From Coniocarpon cinnabarinum (Eukaryota): 64,000 nt of DNA. Made by a program: the position numbers and the translations under genes. This document shows, one piece after another, positions 26,203 to 37,000 of this stretch. Position 1 is the first letter of the stretch; the number at the start of each line of letters is the position of its first letter. Below the pieces are notes generated by a model that had not been told where the DNA came from, searched no databases, and saw only the letters and a list, made by a program, of their open reading frames with translations. The stretch covers positions 1 through 64,000 of the forward strand of contig JAVECO010000007.1 of NCBI GenBank assembly GCA_051942205.1. The letters run 5' to 3'.

Positions 26203-26680
26203 TTGCAGAGGTTGTTGTTGCAGTAGGTTCCGGCTTCCCCGAGTCTAAGTATCCAAATGTCACGTCTTTGGGACCCAGGGGAGATATTAAGTAAAGGTGG
26301 CTTGTAGAGGCGTGTCGCAGTTGCCCAAGAGAATGCAAAAGAGTGACTTGAGAGGCTGGAGAAGACGAATGGAAAAAGTGAGGTAAGGTAGGTATTGAGA
26401 GGTTCCCACTTAGGCGATCGTAGGTGACGCTCTAACGGGCCAGAAATGGCAGGAACGCTAGAAGGCAATCAATGGCCAAGAAAAAAGCAGGTGGGCACGC
26501 GACGTTCCGGTGGGAAGACCGTGAGGGGTAAGAGGCGAAGACAGGCTTGCGGATGCAACTAGGCAAAATAAAGGACTGACTCAAAGTTGGCTAGTATTAT
26601 GTACACGAAGAACGACGGTGTCCCGAAGTTGACTGCGCAAGACCTGCAGAGTACATAAAGAAGAATTGTCTGCTGAGGCC

Positions 26681-26713
26681 TGCCAGATCGGTGCCAGATC
26701 GGTGCCAGATCGG
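26681..26713. repeat. Perfect 3 x 11-nt tandem repeat TGCCAGATCGG
   Basis: Read directly at 26681, 26692 and 26703. Confidence 0.97.
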
Positions 26714-27559
26714 ACGAAGAGGCAGAGAAGCGCTGCAAAGCCTGCACTGAAACGCACCTGACCATGTCTCGCAGCAGGCGGTCCGATGAGGAGCAGTATG
26801 GGAGACCAGGGTGGCGTACCCGAATGGCCAGCCAGCGCCGCAGAGAAAGGAGATGAGGCTTGCGTGGCTGCGGATGTTCCGGGGGCCACAGCAAACGTGC
26901 AGCGCTTCTCGGTCTCGATACGCATACGAACAGGCCGCGTAAGTGGATACGCTAGTAGTGCATCAGGCCGGGGGACTATGTCCAGCTCAGGGATGGCGGA
27001 CGACCAGCCAGGCAAGTTTTTGGATCGAGCGCCTTGCAGACGCCGCACTGGGCACTTTCGCGTTGCAGACGTCATCCGATCATCCTCCACTTGGCGTATC
27101 TTCGGCTGAGTCCTCCGCTTGCATCGTGCCTGGCGACATGGGCTGGCGGCTCAATGCTCCACGACTCTGCTCGTCTTACCATGCAATCCCTGGTGGGACA
27201 ACGCGGCAATCTGCAATTCTCCGCGAGCGTCTTCGCAGGGTACAAGGGAGCTTCTACACATTGTCTCCCTGTAGACTGACAAGCCAGTCAATTCAAGTCT
27301 TGCCCAGGATCCAGGGTGAGGGGTAGACGGACGCCAGTACATAGAAAGCGATTTGGGGTGGTGGGGAGCACGTGATTAGATTGCCACGGCCCGGACAGGG
27401 TAGCTGAATGCGATCAGTCATCCCGACCGAGTCCCCAGGACCGCAGTCTTGACGTCTGTTTCATCAATCATAGCACAAGCATCGATAGCTGCCTCCCCTC
27501 GACGTGAATGTTCGATGAAGCATCGAAGACACGCCTGAGAAACACATTTGCCACGAGCA

Positions 27560-28600
27560 ATGCCTCGAGCTGAAGTTGGTTCCACCAAATGGGTCGCGAA
27601 CAAGCAAAAGTCCAAAGGCCTCCAGCGTTTGCGATGGTACTGTCAAGCGTGTGAGAAGCAGTGCCGCGACGAGAACGGCTTCAAATGCCACACGCAGTCC
27701 GAGTCGCACGTGCGACAGATGATGCTGATTGGGGAAGACCCGCGCAAACACATTCATGAGTACTCTCAACAATTCTTCCGGGCATTCATGCAACAGCTGA
27801 AGACGGCGCATGGTACCAAGCCCGTTCACATCAACCACTTCTATCAAGAGTATATTCAAGATAAGGAGCACATTCACATGAATGCTACCAAGTGGAAGAG
27901 CCTCACAGACTTCGCCAAGTACCTTGGCCAAGAAGGCCTTTGTCGAGTGGAAGAGACCGACAAGGGAATCCACATTGCTTGGATTGATAACAGCCCTGAA
28001 GCACTTCGGCGTCAGGCCGCCGTGCAGAAGGCTGAGCGAATGGAGCGCAACGATGAGAATATGGAGCAGCGATTACTGCGACAACAGATTCACCGAGCGC
28101 GGGACGAGGCTGAGAATAGAGAGTCGTCGACCGAAAACTACGGTCAAGACTTGGAGCGGAGAGAAGGAGAGAGGATGGCCTTCAGCTTTGGTTCAAAACA
28201 AAAACCTTCAAAGCCACCAACGCCGCCTCAATCGGATGGCAGAAGTGGCAGCGAGGGCGCCGAGAAGGACGACAGCAACATAAATGGTCTCGAGGGCTCA
28301 AAAGCGGACGAATATAAGAACGAAGAAGGCGAGAAGGACGAGAAAGCTGGTAAAGCTCCTGTGAAGATGTCTCTTGGCGGTGGATCCAGCAAGCCTTCAA
28401 AGCAAAAGCCGAGAAGCATGGCCGCGCTATTTGGCGGTGGCAAGAAGGCTGCAGGTCAAGGCGTCAAACGTGCGGGCGATGAAGATCAACCGAAAAAGGT
28501 GAGCGAAGCAGAGCGCGTTATGCGACAGGAAATGGAGCGAAACAAGGGACGCCAGTTTCAGGGATTGGGCGCTGGTTCGAAGCGTATCAAACTTGGGTAA
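27560..28600 (+). CDS. RTS2: KIN17/Rts2 zinc-finger and winged-helix protein
   Basis: KSKGLQRLRWYCQACEKQCRDENGFKCHTQSESH and HIHMNATKWKSLTDF. Confidence 0.95.
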   Translation: MPRAEVGSTKWVANKQKSKGLQRLRWYCQACEKQCRDENGFKCHTQSESHVRQMMLIGEDPRKHIHEYSQQFFRAFMQQLKTAHGTKPVHINHFYQEYIQDKEHIHMNATKWKSLTDFAKYLGQEGLCRVEETDKGIHIAWIDNSPEALRRQAAVQKAERMERNDENMEQRLLRQQIHRARDEAENRESSTENYGQDLERREGERMAFSFGSKQKPSKPPTPPQSDGRSGSEGAEKDDSNINGLEGSKADEYKNEEGEKDEKAGKAPVKMSLGGGSSKPSKQKPRSMAALFGGGKKAAGQGVKRAGDEDQPKKVSEAERVMRQEMERNKGRQFQGLGAGSKRIKLG

Positions 28601-28935
28601 ATGACACCGCGGACAGTATTTACGAGTAACGTCTAGCTTACAGCCTTTGGATACTACGAGCTGTCCTGATGTCACTAACATCCTTCCATCCATTGGATCA
28701 CCGCACTGGACGAGTATCCAACTCATTCGGACTCTTTCAAGCCCCTGTTTTGCACCGTGAACATTTGTGTTGTAAAAAGTGCGCTCTTACGGTGGGTTTC
28801 GATACCACAACGTATCCAACAATGTGCTTTTGTTCTGCTCTTCGCCGGTGGCCATACTGGATGAGCGCGGCTTTGTACTGGTGTGTTTCCTGCCATCTTT
28901 TGCACTGCCAACAGTGCTGACTTGCAAGACGTCCC

Positions 28936-29835
28936 TCACAGTCGTCTGCGATACCACAACGTATCGGAATCCTCGGACACGTAAAAACGCTCGCTGGGTC
29001 GCCAGGTTGGATAAGCATCGCCTCCGCTCGGATGAGCCCAAGCCCCGGCCCTACAACGACGGAACTCGGCGCAGCTTCGGCAAATTCTCAGTCCATTCTC
29101 GAGCTGCTTGGATCCAGGGCTCTCAATCCAATCGTAGCGGCCAAAGTATGCTGTGTCGAGGTGGTATAGACACACAGCGCAGAAATATCGACATGTGCCG
29201 TGCATCGGCGGAACCTTGGGCTTGAATGCACTCAGCTCTACAGCATAAGCCGTTTTCTTTCGCGTAAGAGGGATGATGGCGTGCAGGCTCTTGCACGAAA
29301 GAGCGAGCGCAAAGACATCTGGAAACCACAAGTGATCCGTCATACACTGCACTAAATCTTTGTTGAGCAGACGCACCAACGCTGAATTTTCTTGAGGATG
29401 ATGACCGACGGGCTTAAGGTCGCTTCCATGCGCCATGCTCCACTCGACTACAAGGCTGCTGTATCTGGGCGGATTCATACCGGGGCTGTATCTGGGCGGA
29501 TTGATGCCGGGGCTGTAACTGGGCGGGTCGATCTGCCCAAATTCCAGACGGCGTTGAAATTCTCTGAAATTCTCGACCATAGGATCACCCTGGGGCATCA
29601 GATTGCGGTCTGTTGCGAGTTCAAATGTCGGGCGTGCGGTGACGAACTGGAGCAACTTCTTCCCGAGTCGACCAATCTTGTCGTGTCCTTCACCCTGGGC
29701 TGGCGCCGTGATCCGGCGCTTGATCGCCGCCTTGGACGTCTCCCATGTCTGCAAACGCACATACTTTCCCGGCGGGTACCCCACGCCATCATTTTGAGGG
29801 TCAAACGAGCCAAAACAGTACAAAGACTCAGCCAT
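28936..29835 (-). CDS. F-box-like protein with triple PPxY and CxxC motifs; 3' part possibly frameshifted
   Basis: 299-aa intronless ORF. SALVRLLNKDLVQCMTDHLWFPDVFALALSCKSLHAII resembles an F-box. It also has PPSY/PPRY/PPRY, CAVC and CRSC. Confidence 0.62.
   Translation of the reverse strand: MAESLYCFGSFDPQNDGVGYPPGKYVRLQTWETSKAAIKRRITAPAQGEGHDKIGRLGKKLLQFVTARPTFELATDRNLMPQGDPMVENFREFQRRLEFGQIDPPSYSPGINPPRYSPGMNPPRYSSLVVEWSMAHGSDLKPVGHHPQENSALVRLLNKDLVQCMTDHLWFPDVFALALSCKSLHAIIPLTRKKTAYAVELSAFKPKVPPMHGTCRYFCAVCLYHLDTAYFGRYDWIESPGSKQLENGLRICRSCAEFRRCRAGAWAHPSGGDAYPTWRPSERFYVSEDSDTLWYRRRL
29458..29526. repeat. 27-nt coding tandem repeat (about 2.6 copies) generating PPxY motifs
   Basis: gctgtatctgggcggattcataccggg / gctgtatctgggcggattgatgccggg / gctgtaactgggcgg. 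Confidence 0.95.
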
Positions 29836-30810
29836 TTCCGCAGGCTTGTAACGTGAACCGAGTTTGGTGCTTGACGATGAGACTGGCAAGGCGAATGGTT
29901 GCCTCAACGGTTGGTCGTCTTTCTGACTGACTTCTCAAGATTGAAAACAAGCTGGACGCTCTCGGTGTCTCAAAAATGAATCGTGTCGACCAGACATGTG
30001 TAGAAACGAGAGTGACTTGGACGCTGGTGATTTGGCTTCAGGTCTCGGAGGAGACCCTCCGGGACTGGTGCCAGACAAAAAGCGTACAACGACGAAGAGA
30101 CCAAAGACTGAAGAAAGGTAAGACGGTCAAACCAGCGTCGCTCGAAACAATTCAAGAGCTGATGATCATTGGAGTGTAGGTGACATCCTCATATCATGCA
30201 GAGGCAGCGTGGGCGCTAAGCTGGATTGAGCATTTGGAGACGGCGTGGCCGTTGCGTGGGGCAATATAACAATATACACCTGATGCCTTGAACGCTAAAC
30301 GTTCCACCTGCTTCCAATTAGTCTCCAAGTGGCCTCTACTTCGGGCGTATTGAAGAGTTCACAGCTGTGGCCCTTCATATCCGGCCTCTCCTTCCTGTAG
30401 CCTCGACTGTTTGAATTGTGCAGGGTCGAGTGTGTAGCAATTGCATGCACCCGTCTCCGTCTGTCTGAGACCTCCCTCGCCACTCAATCTAGCTTACCTA
30501 TAGGATCTCGCCAACGCCTGACTCCACTCGGTCTAGCGTTCTTTCCTTCTCCAGATTCTAGTGTGTGAGTCAATCCCATGTGGGTCGTTGCCTCCCGCCG
30601 CATCGAACATGATTCTGTCAGACTCATCTCGTGACATTTAGGAGCTCAGTGTCTCGAGCTGTTGTTCGCTCTCAGCACGCATCTTTCCCGACGACGAGCT
30701 TGTGGCGTCTTGAAGCCGTGCAGAAAAAGAGGCAAAGTTGATTTACCCCCAGGCGCTGTCATCTACAAATTGGATTAGAACGTGTGCAGCTTTTCACGAT
30801 TTGTGCAAAG

Positions 30811-33234
30811 ATGTCTTCAAACATGACACGGACGCGCTTTCTGCAGGAGTCCAAATTCAAAGTCCATGTTCCAGAGACAGCAGCGCTCAGATTCTCGTCG
30901 GAAGAATTCCATCATTACCTCGTGGAAAATCTCGAGGAAGTACGCCACGCCGCGGATGCTTCGCAAGGGTCATGGCAAGAGCATATTGTCCCTGGAAACC
31001 TCACCAACATCATTATCTCTTGGCCTGATTTTACCGAGTCGTCACAGCAGATGGACGTGGACAAAGAGCCGTCGAAGCCACCCGAGAGGACCGGCCAGCC
31101 TTTCGTAGACGCTCTTGCATCCCAAGTAGCTCGCAAGCGAGTTCCTACTGTCAGTGACCTTCAACACAATCAGATGCTCACAGAGAACAACGACGTTGCT
31201 TTCAGGTCGACGAAAAACCCACTTGTCGACCTTTTCTTCGAGATGGAAGAGGCCGCTTCCGCTGATCGTCTGCTCACATTACTCGACAGTGCTTGGGAGG
31301 CTGACGCTCTTGCGACTCTGAAGCTCATCTGGAACGGGCGCTCGATTCACCTCGGAAAGAGCTCGAGGCACACGTTCTACCGGTGCTGTGGGTATCTGGC
31401 TGACAAACATCCACTCACTCTTCTCGAGAATCTGGCATGGATCGTCCGGCCAATCATCCCCAAAAAGGCCCCTACCAAGGAAGGCAACGAGAACCAAGAA
31501 GAGGAGTTCGAGATGGTTGACTTTGACACCACGTCTTTGGATCAAGAGGGCAATACCACACGCTTTGACGTCGAGAATGGCGTCGCCCACGGATACTGGA
31601 AGGATCTCCTCAACATCCTGGCGCTTGCAGCAAACGACGCGTTACACATCGATATTGACCCTTCTGTGATTTTGAATGCCCATGGCGGCCGAAAGCCACG
31701 ACTCAAGTCTCGTGTTTGGGACGAGCAAGCAGCTAGTAGGCGTCGCGAGCTGAAAGCCAACTATGTCTTTGATCATATCAATAACTGCTTCCGCTCCACG
31801 ACGTATAATTTTTACAAGGTGCTGCACCTCAGCGTGGCGCGTCTGTTCGGTGCGCAGCTCCAGCACGACCTTGCGCTGCTGAAAGCGAAGAAATACCACC
31901 ACCTGTCGCTCGCCGCCAAGTGGGCGCCCAGCTCGAAAGGTTCCCACGACAAGCACACCCTCATCGTCTCGACCATTGCCGAGTACATGTTTCCCCGCGA
32001 AGAGGTCGTGCCCGACGACGTCGAAGCCGATCGTGAGCTCTATCTGAAGTACGCCCGCGAGGCCTACCGCATCAAGGTCATCTCGCCCCTGCGCAAAGCG
32101 CTGGGAGTCGTCGAGCGCGACATCACCGCCCAGACCTTCTCGAACATCAAGTACGACCGCATCCCGTCCATCGCCATGCACAACTACAGCTCCAAGTTCA
32201 TCGAAAAAGACTTCACTCGCTTCGCCGCGTACATCGACTCTGTCGCGGAGGGCAAGAGTCGCATTTCAGGTGCCACTCTGCTTCCTGCGACGCTGGTTGC
32301 ACAAGCCCTGCAGCCGCTTCGCCACGGCCCTGCGCCACGGCAATCCGTCAAGGCCATGGTCGACACCATCAAAGCGCAGCTGCAAGCCAAAGTCGCCGAC
32401 GCCCAGTGGAAAGCCCTCGTCCAGCGCGTCAAAGACTCCGGCACGCTCTCGAACTCCATCGCCGTCTGCGACGTCAGCGGCAGCATGAACAGTCCCACCT
32501 TCAAAGACGGCACCTGGCCCCTCCATTCCTCCATCGGCCTGTCTCTGCTCCTCGCCGAAATCACCCAGCCCCCCTTCGGCGGCCACTTCATCACCTTCTC
32601 CTCGGACCCCGTCGTGCAGAACGTCGGCGGCCCCGCCGATCCCCGTCGCCTCGACGAGAAGGTCACAGCCATCCTGCACTCGCAATGGCGCGTCGACACC
32701 GACTTCGTGGCCGTCTTTGAGAGGCTCATCCTGCCCATGGCGCTGGAACACAAGCTCAAGCAGGAGGACATGGTCAAGCGCGTTTTCGTCTTCTCCGATA
32801 TGCACTTTAACCAGTGCGGCGGCCGGGCCTGGTCCTCGTCGTACGACCACATCAAAGACGCGTTCCATCGCGAGGGGTACGAAATGCCGGAGCTCGTCTT
32901 CTGGAATCTCACCGGCGGACGCGCCAGTGCCAACAGATGGGCCCCTTCTCTGGGGAGCAACGCCTGGATTGCGCCGAAGCCGACGACCGTGGAGGAAGAG
33001 GGTGTCGTGTTCGTGAACGGGTACAGCCAGGGGCAGATGAAGGTCTTTCTGGAGAACGGACAGTTTGACGGACCGGATGCGCAAAAGGAGGAGAAGATGT
33101 TTGAGGTCAGTGAGGCGCAGGAGGGGGGTCAGGTGGTGGTGTCGGTCAAGATGAAGGAGGGGAATGATGCGGTTTCACTGCTGAGGAAGGCGATTGGGCA
33201 TCGATCTTACAGCATGTTGAGGGTCTTGGACTGA
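30811..33234 (+). CDS. DUF2828-family protein with C-terminal vWA-like domain
   Basis: LTENNDVAFRSTKNPLVDLFF, TLKLIWNGRSIHLGKS, HGYWKDLLNIL, SLAAKWAPS, MIDAS-like CDVSGSM, VFVFSDMHF and PELVFWNL. Intronless, 807 aa. Confidence 0.88.
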   Translation: MSSNMTRTRFLQESKFKVHVPETAALRFSSEEFHHYLVENLEEVRHAADASQGSWQEHIVPGNLTNIIISWPDFTESSQQMDVDKEPSKPPERTGQPFVDALASQVARKRVPTVSDLQHNQMLTENNDVAFRSTKNPLVDLFFEMEEAASADRLLTLLDSAWEADALATLKLIWNGRSIHLGKSSRHTFYRCCGYLADKHPLTLLENLAWIVRPIIPKKAPTKEGNENQEEEFEMVDFDTTSLDQEGNTTRFDVENGVAHGYWKDLLNILALAANDALHIDIDPSVILNAHGGRKPRLKSRVWDEQAASRRRELKANYVFDHINNCFRSTTYNFYKVLHLSVARLFGAQLQHDLALLKAKKYHHLSLAAKWAPSSKGSHDKHTLIVSTIAEYMFPREEVVPDDVEADRELYLKYAREAYRIKVISPLRKALGVVERDITAQTFSNIKYDRIPSIAMHNYSSKFIEKDFTRFAAYIDSVAEGKSRISGATLLPATLVAQALQPLRHGPAPRQSVKAMVDTIKAQLQAKVADAQWKALVQRVKDSGTLSNSIAVCDVSGSMNSPTFKDGTWPLHSSIGLSLLLAEITQPPFGGHFITFSSDPVVQNVGGPADPRRLDEKVTAILHSQWRVDTDFVAVFERLILPMALEHKLKQEDMVKRVFVFSDMHFNQCGGRAWSSSYDHIKDAFHREGYEMPELVFWNLTGGRASANRWAPSLGSNAWIAPKPTTVEEEGVVFVNGYSQGQMKVFLENGQFDGPDAQKEEKMFEVSEAQEGGQVVVSVKMKEGNDAVSLLRKAIGHRSYSMLRVLD

Positions 33235-33353
33235 GTGTCTCGACTGGGTTGTATGGTTGAAAGTGCCTTGCTTGAGGGTATGAGCGAGGACTCGGGCAGA
33301 GAACTCGAGGACAAGGATCGAGATCGTCTCAGAGGTGAGCGGGAAATGGACGT

Positions 33354-33418
33354 GAGGACCAGTGAGAATCGGAAACATGGCGGAGGATCAGTGAGAATCG
33401 GAGACATGGCGGAGGACC
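33354..33418. repeat. 29-nt tandem duplication (about 2.2 copies) downstream of the DUF2828 gene
   Basis: gaggaccagtgagaatcggaaacatggcg / gaggatcagtgagaatcggagacatggcg / gaggacc. Confidence 0.95.
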
Positions 33419-34075
33419 TTGTATTGAAGCATGGCGCTGGTGGGTTTTTGTCCACGCTCTGATGAATTGAGCATCAACGTTTGAGTCTTTATGGACATGG
33501 AATGTACGGCTACTCCTTTTGAACGGTGTTCTGATTAGTATCACGACCCCGATAAGCCCAAGGGAACTACTCGTCTATCAGATTGCTCCCTGAGTGACCC
33601 TCAGAAGATGCTTGCCACAGTAAGCCTGTCACGTGACTGTAGAGCGTGCAGTTCAACTTGACATGACGCCACTGAGATGGTGCACACATCGAGTTCTTCA
33701 AGCACCAAGTAGCACAAACGAGTTGCATACGCACATGGAAGTCGATGGATTCAAAGAGCAGCGTGTGCAACAGAGTGCACTGCCCCGTTGATTCACGATA
33801 GCTAGGACCAATCCCAGCGCCCCAGATCTAGCCTCTCCTCTCTACAACTCCACCACGGTCCTCCTCGACTCTCATCACGACTGGTGACCCTTGAATGCAT
33901 CCTTGACAGCGCCTCGCTATGCAACATTCCGTCCCTTCCTTGCTCAGAACTCAGTCGCTGAGCAGTCAAATCAACATGGTAAACAAAGGGGGTATCTAAA
34001 CGCGATTAGTAGCAGACATGACGTCGTAAATCATAACTCACACACAACATACCACCTTTGTTGGGTATCATCAAC

Positions 34076-37000
34076 TCAAAGCTCGATGGCGTCTTCAACG
34101 CTAGTACCGCCTTTGCCATTGATGAGTTGATCTCCATCGTCTTTGTTTTCATCTTCTTCATCTTCCAAATCCTCGTCGCCGTCAGCATCGTCTTCGACAT
34201 CGCCGCTCAATGAATCTTTCTCGTCTTCTGAGCCGAAGGCGTCGCCTGACTCGTCATCGAACAGGGCGTTCTCAGCTCCAAGGTCGTTGGCTTGATTGGC
34301 GTCCACGCCTCCACCAGACTCCGAACTGAAGCCTACACTTTCTTCGTCTTCCATTTCCGGCATCGCAGCCGGATCCCCATCATCCTGCACTAACTGCTCA
34401 CTCCCATCCACAGGCTCATCAACTTCCTCAGCGTTGTCATCGCCACTGCCATCCTCGTCCATGCCCTCAAGTGCAGCAAACGGATTCACACTCCCAAACG
34501 AATCACGTCCAGACTGAAATGGATTATTATTCGTCTTCTTCGACTTTGCCTTCTTCAACGGCGGCGGGGAGACACGCGCCTTGCGCCACGCCTTCCCATC
34601 CTGGTCCTGAGTCTCCCTCCGCTCAGACGAGTCGTTGCCATTACCGAGCGACGAGTCGAAGGCGAAGGGAGTTTTCTTCGCGCTCTGAGGGGCTAGATGA
34701 TTAGCGGCTGAGGCCGTCGCGAAAGGATTATGTTGCGCATACTGCGACACCTGACTGTAGGGGTTCTGGTGCTGGGATTCTGATGCAAAGGGCGCAGATG
34801 GCGGGCGGGAGAGAAAGTGACTCTGCTGAGAAGATGGCCGGGACGAATCGCCGATTGAGAGTTTGAGACCTTGGTTTTGTTGTTGTGAGGATGGGCGTGA
34901 GGATGAGGGCAAATGTATTTCCTTGGGCGTAGTAACCGAGTCGGGCGGTGGCGAGGAGGACGCTGTCTTCTGATCAATAGACGTGAAGGGGTTGAAGGGG
35001 TTAGAAGTAGCAGCGGAAGCGATCGTTGATGGCGCATTGTCAAAGCCCGAGAACGTTGACGTGGTGCCGAAGATGTTGTTGGCATTGGGATTTTTGATGA
35101 GGCCTAGAAAGGAAGAGTCGTGGTTGTTCTTGTGGGAGAACGCAGTGAATACTTTTGGTGGTGACGCAGGTTCAGTCTCGAGGGCATTAGCCTGTTGCGT
35201 CTTGATGGGCGCAGAAGGCACAGCGTTGGTATCATTAAGAGGTCCTGCCTTGTACGCTTCAGCGTCCAAGGTGCTCATGTCCTGGGTGTACGTGTTGTTT
35301 CGATTGAGTAGAGGCATGGAAAGGTCAGGCTGAGGGTTGTGCGAGGACGCTGACACTTCTTCTGCTTGAGCGTTACCGATGAACATAGGCTCACCGCGCT
35401 CCGCGCGTGCATCAGCGTATTGATCTCGAGGCAGAAATTGCGAAATTCGTGAGCGGTACTTTAGGGGAGCCATCGGAGGTGGTGTTGGATCGTAAGCTTG
35501 TGGGAGCTCGCCACTCGCCCCCGATGTAGATCGACCATTTGGCTCTCGTGTCGAATTTTGATAGGAGATCAAATCTCGTCGATGCGCATTCTCGGCAGGA
35601 TGCCCGGCCCAGTGCGTTTTCTGAGCCTGCGCCGAGGCGTTGTTGAGGCTGGTGATGGAGCTGCGACGTGATGACTCAGCTGAGCGTCGATGCTCCTCTG
35701 CTTGCCACTCGCTTCGATACCACTGTTCGCCCTCTTGAATCACATTAGCTACTTCTTGAATCTGACGCATGAAGTCATCGTCTTCATCTATGGGCGCCTG
35801 AGCCTGACGAGCACTGTCGGTGCTGCTATGAAACGAAGTCAACTTTGGATCTTGTGAAGGCGGCGATATCCGAGCAGTCTTGCGGGGTGGTGGTGGAGGC
35901 ATGACTTGGCGGACGGCAGCAGTGTCTTGCTCCACAAAGGAGCTGTTGAGCGAGTCGGAGGTCCTCTGACGTTTGAGGCTGGGGGGTGATTTTGAAATGC
36001 GGGACACATGTGGGGAGAGGCTGTTCCGGCGTGGATCTAGTCCCATGGCTTTCATTCTGAAATAGGTCGAGTTGGTACTGTCGCGAAATGTGGGTTTGAC
36101 TTTCGCTGCTCGACGCTGAGCCATCCACTCGGTATACGATAAGCCATCAAACGGGATTTCGGTCGCTCGGTTATCAGATAGGCCATCACGAGGGGACCTT
36201 CGAGATCGAGATAGAACGCCGCCGGTAACGGTGTAGACAGGCTGATTCAGAGTTGTCGAGAGCGGCATAGCCTGGTCGTGTGGTGCTACCTGGTTGGACG
36301 GCGTGTTCCCATCTTCTAGAGCGGCCTGTGCCTGAGGATGATTTGATCGAGACTGGTTTATGATATGAGGTGCAGGTGAACGAGTGATACTAGACCGTGA
36401 AAGGCGCACTGACGATCGTTCCCGGGGAGAAGAGGGTGCAGAGGAGGCTCTGGATAATGCCAGGCTATCTCGCAACTGCTGTTGACTGCGTCGAAAATGG
36501 TCCAGTTCCTGTGCGGTCTTTGCTTCTTGAGCGCGCCTTTCCCGCTCCTGTTGGCCTTGACGTCGTCGAGCGCGTCGCTCGCGGCCGACTCGGGCTAGAC
36601 TCCTCTTACGACAAATCTCTCTCCACTTAGCACCATAGCGCATGCGCAGTTTTGCGGTTCGAAAGCTACACGCCTCGTTTTGCAACCTCTCCTCTTCAAG
36701 TCTTTCTCCAAGGGTGTGAATCATCGGACCAGCTTTGTACTCCACGAACTGATCGAGAAAACCATCTGGCTCTAAGAGCATTCGTCGTGCGAGGTCTTCA
36801 AATACCTGGGCTTTGGCGCTCTCTAGCTGTCTTCTTTCCGCCTCTTGAGCTGCCACTGCCCTTTGTCTCTCCATCTCTATCCTGCGACTTTCTTCCTCGG
36901 CCTTTTGCGCCTCAATCTGGCGGCGTCGTTCTGCCATCTCTTTTGCTGCTCTTGCCTTCGCCGCTCGCTCCGCCTCGAGGGCAGCAGCTCTTTGCAGCTG

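Noticed and set aside
31642..33084. Long antisense ORFs (179, 258 and 272 aa) over DUF2828
   Set aside because: Shadow ORFs caused by very high GC at third codon positions.
26681..33418. Short repeats as a CRISPR array or transposon ends
   Set aside because: These are tandem copies without spacers in eukaryotic DNA; no transposase, terminal inverted repeats or target-site duplications were seen.
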